Shown here in pieces: positions 28,579 through 38,772 of a DNA stretch of 64,000 bases (position 1 is its first letter; each line of letters starts with the position of its first letter). Origin of the DNA: an uncultured candidate division Zixibacteria bacterium. GTDB taxonomy: Bacteria; Zixibacteria; MSB-5A5; SM1-73. Below the pieces are notes generated by a model. It was not told where the DNA came from. It saw nothing but the letters and a program-made list of their open reading frames with translations, and made no database searches. The stretch spans positions 57,991 to 121,990 of the forward strand of contig CAIVRH010000014.1 of the NCBI GenBank assembly GCA_903908285.1, in the 5' to 3' direction. The position numbers were made by a program, and so were the translations under genes.

Positions 28579-29970
28579 ATGAAGCATGGTTTTGTTTTTC
28601 TTGGTGTGATTCTTTTTATTCTTATATTGTCTTGTTTTTCCTACGCCGGAGGCGGCTTTGCTTTCCCCGGGGTGGGTTCCAAAGCCCTGAGTATGGGAGG
28701 GGCTTTCCGGGGTCTGGCTGACGATTGGAGTGCTGCATTTTGGAACCCGGGCGGACTGGCATACCTGTCCAACACCGAAATCAGCTCTAGTTTCTATGTC
28801 CTCAACTTCAGACCCGAGTATACTCCCAGCATGAAACTTGGAGAATCGGATTATACTTTCGGATATCCCGCGGTTACTTCCTATCCTGAAGATCGGGCGT
28901 TTTTCCTTCCCAATATTTCCGGATTTTATAAATTTACCCAATTGAATGGATTTACCGGGGGAGTGGCATTTTATGCCCCATACAAGATGCAATCCCAATG
29001 GAATCTCTACAAGCCTCCCATGGGGTATAATAATACCATCGAATATCCCAAATATGATCATGTTACCAACATCTTGATTTGGGATATACATCCCAGCGTG
29101 GCGAAAAGTTTCATGGAAGGTAAACTCGGCTTGGGTCTTGGGATTTCCATCGAAAGAGCGGATTTCGAACTGCGCCGAACGGTTTTGGTTCCCACCACAT
29201 ATCCTCGACCTTACGATTTCTTCCCCTATGATGCCCGGATGAAAACCGATGGCTGGGGCGTGGGATTCAATGCCGGAGTTCTTTACAAATACAGTCCGAA
29301 ACTACAATTCGGGCTTTCATATCGCAACCCGATTGATCTCAACCTTTCCGGTAGCATGAAACTGGAGATGTATTATCCCAGGATCACCGGCTCCCAAATT
29401 CTGGGAGGAATCACCAGCTATAAAGACAACAACTTCGAAACCACGCTATCACTTCCGGGTGAGATAGGTTTTGGGGTGATGTACAAACCGATAGAAAAAC
29501 TCACCCTTACATCCGACATCAGCTCGGTCAACTGGTCCTGTCTTGAATCCATCGATACCAAAGATTTCACTCTTACCCAAAGCCAAAACGACACCCTCTA
29601 TCTGGACGTAAGGGATGCCAAGATTCCATTTAACTGGGAAAATATAATCAGATTCAGTCTGGGTGGGGAATATATGTTAAAAGAGAATCTTAACGTCCGG
29701 GGAGGATATTTCTTCGAAAAGACCCCCATCCCCAACTCCACCTTTACCTTGCTTATTCCCGACGTGGGTGACAAACACAGCATCAATCTGGGTCTTTCAT
29801 ACAAAATCAATTCCGTTGAATTGGGTTATGATTATCAACTGGTAACATATAAAAAGAGAGACGTAAAGGATTTTGAAGATGTGAACGGAGATGGTCGTTT
29901 TGACAACATGCCGGGAAGCTACAAGATGATTTACCATTGTTCCGGATTATCTTTCTGCTATCATTTTTAA
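28579..29970 (+). CDS. Outer-membrane beta-barrel of the FadL/OmpP1/TodX family (the same family as the T9SS component PorV/LptO)
   Basis: Signal peptide. N-terminal family signature GVGSKALSMGGAFRGLADDWSAAFWNPGGLAYL. Alternating amphipathic strands. C-terminal aromatic CYHF. Confidence 0.7.
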   Translation: MKHGFVFLGVILFILILSCFSYAGGGFAFPGVGSKALSMGGAFRGLADDWSAAFWNPGGLAYLSNTEISSSFYVLNFRPEYTPSMKLGESDYTFGYPAVTSYPEDRAFFLPNISGFYKFTQLNGFTGGVAFYAPYKMQSQWNLYKPPMGYNNTIEYPKYDHVTNILIWDIHPSVAKSFMEGKLGLGLGISIERADFELRRTVLVPTTYPRPYDFFPYDARMKTDGWGVGFNAGVLYKYSPKLQFGLSYRNPIDLNLSGSMKLEMYYPRITGSQILGGITSYKDNNFETTLSLPGEIGFGVMYKPIEKLTLTSDISSVNWSCLESIDTKDFTLTQSQNDTLYLDVRDAKIPFNWENIIRFSLGGEYMLKENLNVRGGYFFEKTPIPNSTFTLLIPDVGDKHSINLGLSYKINSVELGYDYQLVTYKKRDVKDFEDVNGDGRFDNMPGSYKMIYHCSGLSFCYHF

Positions 29971-30046
29971 TCCAGGGTAATTTTACACCCCGGGTGTAAC
30001 CACACCCCGGGTGGGATTGAGCTTTAAACCGAAAAAAGGAGTTACG

Positions 30047-31300
30047 ATGAAAAAGATTTTATTCGGACTGATTTTAGTCGGGTTGATTATTTCGCTTTTT
30101 ATCGGTTGCGGGAAAAGAGAAAACCCCATCCGGACCACTTATAGCTATCGCGATCCCTGGCGATTAGAGAGGGTTTTTAGTTCTCTTCAGGGGAATAAAG
30201 TCAACGATCCTGCTACCAGGGAGGTATATATTTATCTGCCAGCCATATATAATCCTAATTTGCACACCCCTCAGCTGTTGCAGCAGGGTTTTTCCGTCCT
30301 CTACCTTCTGCATGATTTTGGTGAGGATTATTCTACCTTCGCGTCAGTTTATAAAATCACCCAGATTGCAGATCGTCTGATTGACCGGGGGGAGATTCAA
30401 CCGATGATAATCGTTATGCCGGATGCTTCATCTATGGCCCTGGCCACCGATCCTCTGAAGGAAAATGTCGGAGGGACATTTTACGTTAATTCGAGTCTGT
30501 TAGGCCGTTATGAAGATTACATCACGCAGGAACTGCCGGCAGTAATAGATTCGAATTTTCACACCTACCTCAACAAAATCAATGAAGTGTATGTTCCAGA
30601 TCCGAGCTACCGGGCGATAAGCGGCTTGGGAATGGGAGGGTATGGCGCCCTTCGAATTGCCATGGATCATAGTGATCTGTTCGGATCGGTAAGTGCGATG
30701 AGTCCGTATACTTCCTTCGAGTCGTTTTTTAGCACCGAGATAATAAACCAGATGTTCGAAGAGAATGGCATCGGCTCAAGCGATTACTCCTATGCCAGCT
30801 ATAAAAGCCTCAATCCGTGGACCAACGAGCAACATCTCAACAAACCATACAGTCAACTCGTTTTCTCCATGGCTGCCGCTTTTTCACCCCACGATCCCTC
30901 GAATCAGGATAGCACGCATTATTTCACCCTGGTGGATATCAACGGGACAAAATACGGAGTGGATCTGCCTTTCGATCAGACCAGAACTATCCCGCCAGGC
31001 TCGGCTATCTGGAATAAATGGCTGCTCAATGATCTTAAGACAAAATTGAATAACGCTCCTGGTATTTTCGGAGATTTAGCCATCTACATGGATTGTGGTA
31101 ATCAAAACACGCTGAAGTTATATGAAGGCACGCGGGCATTCGACCAACTTCTATCTCTGTATGGAAAGGAGCATAGTTACGTGGAATATGCCGGATACCC
31201 GAATTATCCAACCCAACAAGACAACTTTACCTATGACCGCTTGGTGGAGATTCTGAAATTCCATTCGCAGCACTTCCCTCCACCCGCATACCGACAATAA
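30047..31300 (+). CDS. Lipoprotein of the esterase-D/putative-esterase (PF00756-like alpha/beta hydrolase) family with atypical active-site motif
   Basis: Lipobox LIISLFIGCGK. Family blocks REVYIYLPAIY, YLLHDFGEDYSTF, MIIVMPDAS. The nucleophile elbow reads AISGLGMGGYGAL, where the family consensus is GHSMGG, so Gly replaces the Ser. Confidence 0.6.
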   Translation: MKKILFGLILVGLIISLFIGCGKRENPIRTTYSYRDPWRLERVFSSLQGNKVNDPATREVYIYLPAIYNPNLHTPQLLQQGFSVLYLLHDFGEDYSTFASVYKITQIADRLIDRGEIQPMIIVMPDASSMALATDPLKENVGGTFYVNSSLLGRYEDYITQELPAVIDSNFHTYLNKINEVYVPDPSYRAISGLGMGGYGALRIAMDHSDLFGSVSAMSPYTSFESFFSTEIINQMFEENGIGSSDYSYASYKSLNPWTNEQHLNKPYSQLVFSMAAAFSPHDPSNQDSTHYFTLVDINGTKYGVDLPFDQTRTIPPGSAIWNKWLLNDLKTKLNNAPGIFGDLAIYMDCGNQNTLKLYEGTRAFDQLLSLYGKEHSYVEYAGYPNYPTQQDNFTYDRLVEILKFHSQHFPPPAYRQ

Positions 31301-31383
31301 CGGGTCGAGGATATATCACCCCATGGTTAGAGGGGCAGTTAACCCGTCTAATATCAGGGGAAAAAGGTTTTGAAAAGAGAAAA

Positions 31384-31421
31384 ACAGCAGGAAAATTTTA
31401 CTCCCCCCTGCTGTTTTTTAT
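31384..31421 (+). terminator. Putative rho-independent terminator
   Basis: acagcagg...cctgctgt followed by tttttt. The loop is long (15 nt). Confidence 0.45.
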
Positions 31422-31787
31422 TGAATAAGTAGTGGTTTATCGGTTTGCTGGAAAACCACCAAAGAACGGTTTATCATATCCAACCTGGTTCTATTAAGGA
31501 GAAGACGCCAAATAGGCTGAACCCAAAGATACACCACCCGCTCCAAGTGTACCGATTTGTTGCTTCCACCGGATTGAGAATAACCATCCAAGGTGGGAAT
31601 CACTTAAGGAAATCAATGATCCCAATAAATCAAAACCTGCCGGAATTCCCAAATAGCAAATCTTCCGTTTACCTGTGGGAATTTTTATTAAACGATTTTT
31701 TATAATCAGAACCAACGGGTTTTGATATGGTTGGCAAAGATCGTCCGAAATATACCGATGATACTCAAAAAGGGGTTATCTAACTTT

Positions 31788-34016
31788 ATGCACACAATCT
31801 CTCGCCTGATCAAAAAATCCATCTTTTTCTGGGTGTTATGCATTTCCCTGGTCAGTTTTTCATCCATCGGGCATGCGGGAACCGGTCCCTCCTGGGTTCC
31901 GCTGGTTCCTGTTGCAGATAAAACTCCCCGGGTGAATATGTTACGATCCGATCCCGCTCAGTTTACTTTTGAAATCCTGGTGCCGGGAATATGGTCGGAG
32001 GAAATCTCCACCCCGGGGGGAACTTACTCCTTGCTTTCCATACCTTCTGCCGGGGTAACTTCGGTGGTTAGCGAACCCAATTTGCCAGTATTGACCAGGA
32101 TGGTGCAAATTCCGTTTGGTGCAGTGGTGAATTTAAACGTGGAAAGTTATGAGGTCACAGAGAAAAGTCTAACCGATATGAAACTCACCCATCCGATAGC
32201 TCCGGTTCAACCTTCTATACCTAAGATAGCCGGAGCAGAGAAACAAGTCCGATTCACCATCAGCCAGAAATATTATCAGCAAAACTCATTTTTACCGGGA
32301 AATCTGGTCAAGCTGGGAAAAACCGGAATCATCCGGGGACATCGATACGTAACTGTCTTAATCTACCCGGTAAGTTATAATCCGCAGTTAGGGAAATTTA
32401 AAATATACTCCGATATAAGGGTGAAGTTGATCCTTTCGGGGTCGGATATGAGCACCACTCAAAACCAGCTTTTGCGTTATGCCTCCCCCCCGTTCGAGGA
32501 GCTTTGTTCGAAGTTATTCATAAATTATCAGTTCTATACACCCCTGGTCAAAACCAGCGCGGAATTGCCCATGAGCTATCTGATCATCTCCCCTCAGGAT
32601 TTTTATCCGAGCCTGGCTTTGCTGGTAGACTGGAAAACCCGAAAAGGATTCCATGTGACTGTGGCGCAGACTTCGGAAATAGGCTCAACCAAAGAAGAGA
32701 TAAAAAGTTATATTCAGAACGCTTACGACACCTGGACCATCCCCCCCACCTATGTTTTGCTGGTGGGGGATGTCGAATATATTCCCAACTGGATCGGGTC
32801 TTCCAGTTCCACTGCCACGGATCTTAATTACGTCAAGATGGATGAAGATGATTTTGCCGATATATTCCGCGGCAGATTGCCGGCGAAAAGTTTGTCGGAG
32901 GCGGAAGAGATGATAAACAAGATATTATATTACGAGAAGCCAACGTTACCCGATCTGGACTGGATGAAAAAGGCAAGCTTCATCGCCGCTTCCGATTTGA
33001 GCGGTTTTGCCGAAAGAACCCACGATTATGTGATGTTGAATTACTGCAATCCCACCGGGATGATCTGTGATACCATCTGGCAGAGATTGGGCGGATCGAC
33101 CGCCATGATCACCAGCAGCGTCGATGAGGGGAGAACTATCCTGTGTTATTCCGGGCATGGCAGTGAAACCGGCTGGACCAGCGTTCCTTTCAATCAGACT
33201 AATGTGGCGAATCTAACCAATGCAGATGAGTATCCTTTTGTCCTTTCCCATGCCTGTTTGACCGGGAGATTCAGCGTTTCCGAAAGCTATGGCGAAACCT
33301 GGGCCAAGGTGGCAAATAAAGCCGGCATCGCTTTCTGGGGAGCATCCAACTATACCTACTGGGACGAGGATGACATCCTGGAAAAACGGATGTTTCAGGC
33401 GGCATTTGCCGAAACCTGCTTTTCCATCGGCAGCATGACCGACAAAGCTTTGTGGTATCTTTACCAGTACTATGGAGGGGAAGGCTACAGCCAGTATTAT
33501 TTAGATATTTATAATATCATGGGAGACCCCTCCTTAGATCTGTGGACTAAGGTGGCTGATTCCCTCGTAGTAGCTTTCCCACACTTCATTTACCCCGGAA
33601 CAAATTCAGTCACCATCACCGTGCGGGATATCGATTCAGTTGCGGTTTATGGAGCTTTGGTATGCTTAGAAAAGGGGGATGAGATTTTAGAAACCGGTTA
33701 CACCGATCCTTCGGGTCAGTTAACTTTATATCCTTCTCCCCTCACCTCAGGGGCAATAAATGTGACCGTCACTGCCCATAATTTCCTGCCTGTGTTAGAT
33801 TCCATCCTGGTATCATCCGGGAAGGGTGATGTTACCGGCGACGGCGAGATCAATCTGGGGGATTTGGTCTTTCTCATGAACTATCTTTACAAGAATGGAC
33901 CTGCCCCCGCTCCTTTGACCAACGGTGATGTAAACTGTGACGATAAGATCAATTTGGGAGATTTGGTTTATCTGATCAATTATCTGTATAAGGGAGGCTC
34001 CTCTCCCTGTTCTTAA
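31788..34016 (+). CDS. Gingipain-like cysteine peptidase (family C25) with C-terminal type-I dockerin (paralog of 19207..21453)
   Basis: Signal peptide MHTISRLIKKSIFFWVLCISLVSFSSIGHA. Catalytic region ILCYSGHGSETGW...FVLSHACLTGRF. C-terminus GDVTGDGEINLGDLVFLMNYLYKNGPAP...GDVNCDDKINLGDLVYLINYLYKGGSSPC. Confidence 0.75.
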   Translation: MHTISRLIKKSIFFWVLCISLVSFSSIGHAGTGPSWVPLVPVADKTPRVNMLRSDPAQFTFEILVPGIWSEEISTPGGTYSLLSIPSAGVTSVVSEPNLPVLTRMVQIPFGAVVNLNVESYEVTEKSLTDMKLTHPIAPVQPSIPKIAGAEKQVRFTISQKYYQQNSFLPGNLVKLGKTGIIRGHRYVTVLIYPVSYNPQLGKFKIYSDIRVKLILSGSDMSTTQNQLLRYASPPFEELCSKLFINYQFYTPLVKTSAELPMSYLIISPQDFYPSLALLVDWKTRKGFHVTVAQTSEIGSTKEEIKSYIQNAYDTWTIPPTYVLLVGDVEYIPNWIGSSSSTATDLNYVKMDEDDFADIFRGRLPAKSLSEAEEMINKILYYEKPTLPDLDWMKKASFIAASDLSGFAERTHDYVMLNYCNPTGMICDTIWQRLGGSTAMITSSVDEGRTILCYSGHGSETGWTSVPFNQTNVANLTNADEYPFVLSHACLTGRFSVSESYGETWAKVANKAGIAFWGASNYTYWDEDDILEKRMFQAAFAETCFSIGSMTDKALWYLYQYYGGEGYSQYYLDIYNIMGDPSLDLWTKVADSLVVAFPHFIYPGTNSVTITVRDIDSVAVYGALVCLEKGDEILETGYTDPSGQLTLYPSPLTSGAINVTVTAHNFLPVLDSILVSSGKGDVTGDGEINLGDLVFLMNYLYKNGPAPAPLTNGDVNCDDKINLGDLVYLINYLYKGGSSPCS

Positions 34017-34046
34017 GAGGTAATCTAAGTATCAATATTCCGAATA

Positions 34047-34075
34047 CCCCGGCTAATTTAGCGGGGTTTTTGTTT
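34047..34075 (+). terminator. Rho-independent terminator
   Basis: ccccggctaatttagcgggg followed by tttttgtttt. Confidence 0.55.
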
Positions 34076-34283
34076 TATAAGCTATTATCCTGATGTTCAT
34101 ATATGGCAATGTATTCTGAATATTTCTCTTGACAAGTAAATTACTGACCTTATATTGTTAGTGGCAGAATCTAAATTCTTTATAGATAAAATGGAGCTAG
34201 GTTCACCTGTTAAGTGAGGGGATTGCTTGACAGAGGAAATTATTTATGAAAAAACCAAACGCCCCCAAAGGAGGCGAGGTAAA

Positions 34284-34622
34284 ATGAAATTGAGCATAGC
34301 GAAATCCGTAGGAAAGAAAATAATCCTTATAGTTGCTTGTGCTGTTTTACTTCTGATTTTTGCTTCTTCAGGGTACGGAGGGGGTAATGGAAAATATCAA
34401 TATATAAACCTCGAACACCCATGGAGTGATCCCTGTCTATCACCATCAGTTAATGGTACTGTTACAAACGCACTGATAATTCTGTTTGGCCATGATATGA
34501 TATTAGGATTTATGTTAAATGGAGACAAACCAACAACCCAAAATATCGATCAATCAAATACAAATCAAGGAATATGGATAAAATACCCTCAAAAGTCGAC
34601 CAAGAGATCGCATCAAAGATAG
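34284..34622 (+). CDS. Hypothetical small secreted/membrane protein (about 112 aa)
   Basis: AAAGGAGG Shine-Dalgarno before ATG. N-terminal TM/signal segment KIILIVACAVLLLIFASSGYG. Overlaps the next gene by about 49 nt, so uncertain. Confidence 0.3.
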   Translation: MKLSIAKSVGKKIILIVACAVLLLIFASSGYGGGNGKYQYINLEHPWSDPCLSPSVNGTVTNALIILFGHDMILGFMLNGDKPTTQNIDQSNTNQGIWIKYPQKSTKRSHQR

Positions 34623-36937
34623 AGTCGATTGAATCTTTAGTTAAACAGAAGAAGTTCAGTGAGGCGTTAGCTGAGATTCGGGACTTAGAATGTCAGAAGA
34701 TCGTAGACCGTTTCTCTCAAGAGGAAGGAAATATTCATTTCCTCTTGTCTTCGATTTATCACTATTTAGGTCGGTATCAGGAGGGTATAGAAGAATGCAG
34801 AAAAGCATTTGATTGCTTAAAAAACACATCGGAGAATGATAAGATCGCACAAATTCAGTTTACTTTAGGTTGCATTTATGTCGCATTAGGAGATTTTGAA
34901 AAAGCTGAATTAGAATTGAGGGATGCACTCGCCAGTCATAGACGTATTGGAAACAAACAAGGGATGATAAATATCTATAGCAAGCTTGCTAACATTTGTT
35001 TTATTAATTCTGATTTCGATATAGCGATCAAGCATCTTAAAGAAGGTATTAAATATTGTGATGAAAATGATGGGGAAACAACAAAAGCAATATTATCTGC
35101 AAATATGAGTAGAATTTTTATACTGAAAGGTATGTGGCGCGATGCACAAGAGACTCTCGTTTCATCCATCAAGATTTTTCAAGAAAAGGGTTGCAATTTG
35201 TATCTCGGTCAGGCTTACCTTTCTTTAGGTTATGTATGTCATTTGCAACGAGATTTCCAGAGAGCAAAAAGGTATTATGAGCAAGCTTTAAAAATCATCT
35301 ATGAAAATAATTACTTGCGGGAGATGGCAATCTACTATGAATACTATGGAGAGTTAGCTTTCACCCAAGGGAATTACTTCTTGGCTAAGGACCATTGTAG
35401 AAATGGGATCAAGATAGGGGAAGAGATTGCTCCAGATAGTGGAATCGTTAGTCAGACTTATCGGCTCTTGGCAGAAGTTCAAATTGCAGAAAAGCAGTAT
35501 GATGAAGCTTTGTCATCCTGTGAGAAGGCATTAAAGGTTGCGACATCTTTGGGAGAAAGAATCGAGATCGGAGCAATTCACCGGGCATTGGGGCAGATTT
35601 ATACTGCTAATAAAGATAAGAGTAAAACCAAAGAGAATTTTGAGAAGAGCATCTCCATCTTAGAAGAGATCGGAGCGAAGTTCGAATTAGGTAAGGCTTA
35701 TTTGGAGGCGGGAAAATCAGATGGATTTGAATATTTCGTTCGCTTGAAGTTTTTGGGCATTGCAGATGACTTGTTCAAAGAGCTTGGAAGCGCCTATTAT
35801 CAAGGCTTGGTGAATCTCTCATTAGCTCATCTTCTCTTTGAGCACAATGAACTTGAAAGGTCTCTCCTCTTTCTAAATTCAGCCGAGAAGATATTCCGGG
35901 AATTATCTGAAGAGAAGGAACTGAAACAGGTTTCTGATCTGAAGAAGAGACTTTCTTCCACTCCAATAGCTTTATCGTTCCCCCAAAAAGTCTCCTTTAT
36001 CCATGTAATCGCCCAAAGTCCTGAGATGCTCTCCGTAATTGACAAAGCCAAGCAGATCAAGGATTCAATTCACACCATTCTGTTGGAGGGGGAGACCGGA
36101 ACCGGCAAGGACCTTTTAGCCCGGACCATTCATGGTGAGAGCCGTTACAAAGACAAACCCTTCGTTCCGGTCAACTGTGCCGCTATACCTAAGGATTTGG
36201 TGGAGAGTGAGCTATTCGGGTATAAGAAGGGCGCATTCACCGGCGCTAATACGGATAAGAAGGGATTAGTGGAGGCGGCGGAGGGAGGGACCCTGTTTTT
36301 AAACGAGATCGCGGATTTGCCGCTTTTGACTCAAGCCAAGCTATTGGGGGCGATTGAGGACAAACAGATCACCAGATTAGGTGATACCAAGCCGCGGCAG
36401 GTCGACTTCAGGATTATTGCCGCCAGTAATAAGGACTTGCAGGAGCAGGTGAAATCCGGGAATTTCCGGGAGGATCTGTATTATCGTTTGAGTGTAATCA
36501 AGTTAGTCCTTCCGCCCCTCAGAGACAGAAAAGGGGACATTCCTGTTTTGCTCGATCATTTTCTTAGGAAACATTTTGGTGATGACGGGAACGAGCTTTC
36601 CAGCATTCATCCCCAAATATTGAAAATATTTGAAAGCTATCATTGGCCCGGAAATGTGCGGGAGCTGCAGAATGAGATCATAAAACTCATCACCTTGAAC
36701 GGGGAAGAATGCAGGGATGGGTCCGCGAATCTACCGGATAAGTTTTTATCTTCACCGTATATCTCCGAAACTGTTGGTTCTTTATATGATCAGGTGACAC
36801 AATTTGAGAAGAACTTGATTTTGAAAGCACTCGAAGAGAATAATTGGATAAAGATAAAGGCAGCCAGGACCCTCAAGATGCCTGCTATGACTCTGAATAA
36901 CAAAATCAAGAAATATCAAATAGAGATACCAATTTAA
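34574..36937 (+). CDS. Sigma54-dependent transcriptional activator (bEBP) with N-terminal TPR-repeat sensor region and C-terminal Fis-type HTH; no receiver domain
   Basis: About 470 aa of TPR-like repeats, then an AAA+ core: GETGTGKD (Walker A), [15 protein letters not shown] (GAFTGA sigma54-contact loop), [11 protein letters not shown] (Walker B, with Asn in place of the usual Asp), [25 protein letters not shown] near the end ([21 protein letters not shown]). Confidence 0.8.
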   Translation: MDKIPSKVDQEIASKIESIESLVKQKKFSEALAEIRDLECQKIVDRFSQEEGNIHFLLSSIYHYLGRYQEGIEECRKAFDCLKNTSENDKIAQIQFTLGCIYVALGDFEKAELELRDALASHRRIGNKQGMINIYSKLANICFINSDFDIAIKHLKEGIKYCDENDGETTKAILSANMSRIFILKGMWRDAQETLVSSIKIFQEKGCNLYLGQAYLSLGYVCHLQRDFQRAKRYYEQALKIIYENNYLREMAIYYEYYGELAFTQGNYFLAKDHCRNGIKIGEEIAPDSGIVSQTYRLLAEVQIAEKQYDEALSSCEKALKVATSLGERIEIGAIHRALGQIYTANKDKSKTKENFEKSISILEEIGAKFELGKAYLEAGKSDGFEYFVRLKFLGIADDLFKELGSAYYQGLVNLSLAHLLFEHNELERSLLFLNSAEKIFRELSEEKELKQVSDLKKRLSSTPIALSFPQKVSFIHVIAQSPEMLSVIDKAKQIKDSIHTILLEGETGTGKDLLARTIHGESRYKDKPFVPVNCAAIPKDLVESELFGYKKGAFTGANTDKKGLVEAAEGGTLFLNEIADLPLLTQAKLLGAIEDKQITRLGDTKPRQVDFRIIAASNKDLQEQVKSGNFREDLYYRLSVIKLVLPPLRDRKGDIPVLLDHFLRKHFGDDGNELSSIHPQILKIFESYHWPGNVRELQNEIIKLITLNGEECRDGSANLPDKFLSSPYISETVGSLYDQVTQFEKNLILKALEENNWIKIKAARTLKMPAMTLNNKIKKYQIEIPI

Positions 36938-37113
36938 GTAGTCTGCTACCATTTCTGGTAGATTTTCATAATCCATTCATTCGCAACTGAATAGATCAGG
37001 ATTCGAGGTCTATTACATCATCTCCCCTACCAAATCTGGTATATCTGTTATTCGTTAGCCCGAGGAGATTGAGGATATAACAAGAAGCTGTTGAAGTTAC
37101 TTCCTTATATCAC

Positions 37114-37148
37114 AACCACTTGCCAAAAGGTAAGTGGTTTTTTGTTTT
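37114..37148 (+). terminator. Rho-independent terminator of the sigma54-activator gene
   Basis: aaccacttgccaaaaggtaagtggtt (8-bp stem) followed by tttttgtttt. Confidence 0.7.
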
Positions 37149-37493
37149 CTGGCATGCTTCTTGTAGATGCTCTCACCGTGGTGGACCAATTTAGTGAGCA
37201 ATCTTAATTGGTTTTACCCCTTCCTGTTGAAAGGAAAGCCCTGTCCCGCTTCTGTGCCGTCCCCGGAGGCGGGATGGGGTAGAAAGAAAGAAGATGACCA
37301 GGTTTAAAGTTTGACGGAAAATACATTTTTTACTCCTTTTCCCGCCAAAGGCGGGATCCCGACTCTTATCGGGACAAGTAAGTAGTTGGTTTGTGCCCAA
37401 AAAACGCTCCGCCCCTTCAACAATATTGACAATTGCCAAAAGGGGTGGAGCGGGAGAAAAGAGGAAGTAAAATGAAAATATGATAACAATCCC

Positions 37494-37580
37494 CATCTTA
37501 ATCGTTGACAAGGAGGTGATCTCATCTTATTGTTAAGAATAAGAAATTTCAAGAATTGCAAAAAAACAGGAGGAGGTAAG
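37494..37580 (+). promoter_or_regulatory. Conserved 87-nt promoter/5'UTR element, copy 1 (TTGACA-N17-TATTGT, AGGAGGAGG Shine-Dalgarno)
   Basis: About 95% identical to 40411..40503. Contains cgTTGACAaggaggtgatctcatctTATTGTtaag and aggaggaggtaagATG. Confidence 0.6.
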
Positions 37581-38599
37581 ATGAAAGCCCCAGGACTAAT
37601 CTTTGGGTTGTTTGTGTTCTTCTTTGTTCATGTGGTTTGGTTTCTGCCCAGCCTTTTGAGACTATTGAGATTGGTACTGGTGCTCATCCTCGATGGTCGC
37701 CTGATGGAACAAAAATAGCCTTCATTTCCAATGAGTGGATGTGGATGCGAAATGCGGATGGCACTGGAGAGACTACGAAATTGCTTAAAATCCCGGAGTA
37801 TGCCTACCATTTCTACTGGTTGGATTCTTCTGTATTTATGTTCCAAGACACCGGTGGTATTGCCACCATAACATTAGATGGTAAAAGAAGTGTGATAGCA
37901 AAAACCAAGAATGGAGAGACAGCCTCCTTCTATGTTCTTGGACCAATACTTTTGGCTGACGGAACAGTTGGTTATTATGAAGCCCCTCAAGGGAAAATGA
38001 TTTGGGAAACAGAAAAACGGATATTCAAAGTGATAAAACATGGCATACTTCCTCCAGACTCAAGCTTGAAACAGATGATAGCACTGGAGCACGTTCGAAA
38101 TCTGCCAGAATATGTGAATGAAGGTATTTGGCTCGAATCTCTTGACGGAACCATAAAGAAAAAGATAAGTAGCTACAGATACTATGATTCCCCTGTATTG
38201 TCGCCGGATGGAAGGAAAATCTTAGTGGTTGGTGGCACAAGGTGTGATGTTAGTGTCCTTGATTTGGGTGGTGAAGGGTTCTGCGTTGGCAAGAAATCAA
38301 TTATCCCTGTAAATCCGAAAGATACTACATTCATTCGGGGAGAAGTTGATGGTATACCCCTTTGGTCACCGGACAGTAAACGAATAGCTTATGCCTATGT
38401 AAGATATAGATCAGTTAGCGAGGATAACGTGGAAATTGTCGGCTCCGAACTATATATAGAAAATCCCGATGGCACAAACAGGGTACAGATAAACATCCCT
38501 GATGGAAACCCAACTGGACCGGTCTGGTCTCCGGATGGATCAAGGATCGCATGTACTGACCGCTTAACTACGAAGATATTTGTCATAGAACTAAAATAG
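37581..38599 (+). pseudogene. Secreted PD40 (TolB-like) beta-propeller protein, paralog A; apparent frameshift between signal peptide and mature domain
   Basis: The signal peptide MKAPGLIFGLFVFFFVHVV is in one frame from ATG 37581. The mature part (VSAQPFETIEIGTGAHPRWSPDGTKIAF...WSPDSKRIAYAY...WSPDGSRIACTD...KIFVIELK) is in the +2 frame from about 37640. Paralogs B and C have both parts in one frame. An indel lies in ggtttggttt. Could be an assembly error. Confidence 0.55.
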
Positions 38600-38772
38600 T
38601 AGTAGCCCTTTGCTACTTGCCTCATACATCGTCATTCTCCAATTTCAGGCTTTGGCTCGGCCTGAATAGGAAGTAAAATAAGGTAAAAATATCTATCGAC
38701 AAAAAGAGAATTAATGTTATTATAAATGTGCAAAATAGGAAAATAGCAGGTAATAATTCAGGAGGAGCTTAA

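Noticed and set aside
37150-37164. Sigma54-type -24/-12 box TGGCAT-N5-TTGTA downstream of the bEBP gene
   Set aside because: The -12 element has GT where the consensus has GC. It overlaps the T-tract of the preceding terminator. No second, better site is present in the window. Kept only as a note under the bEBP finding.
37191-37561. Two overlapping minus-strand ORFs (106 and 85 aa) in the spacer before the PD40 cluster
   Set aside because: They have no Shine-Dalgarno, overlap each other in different frames, and coincide with GC-rich hairpins. The region is more plausibly regulatory or ncRNA than coding.
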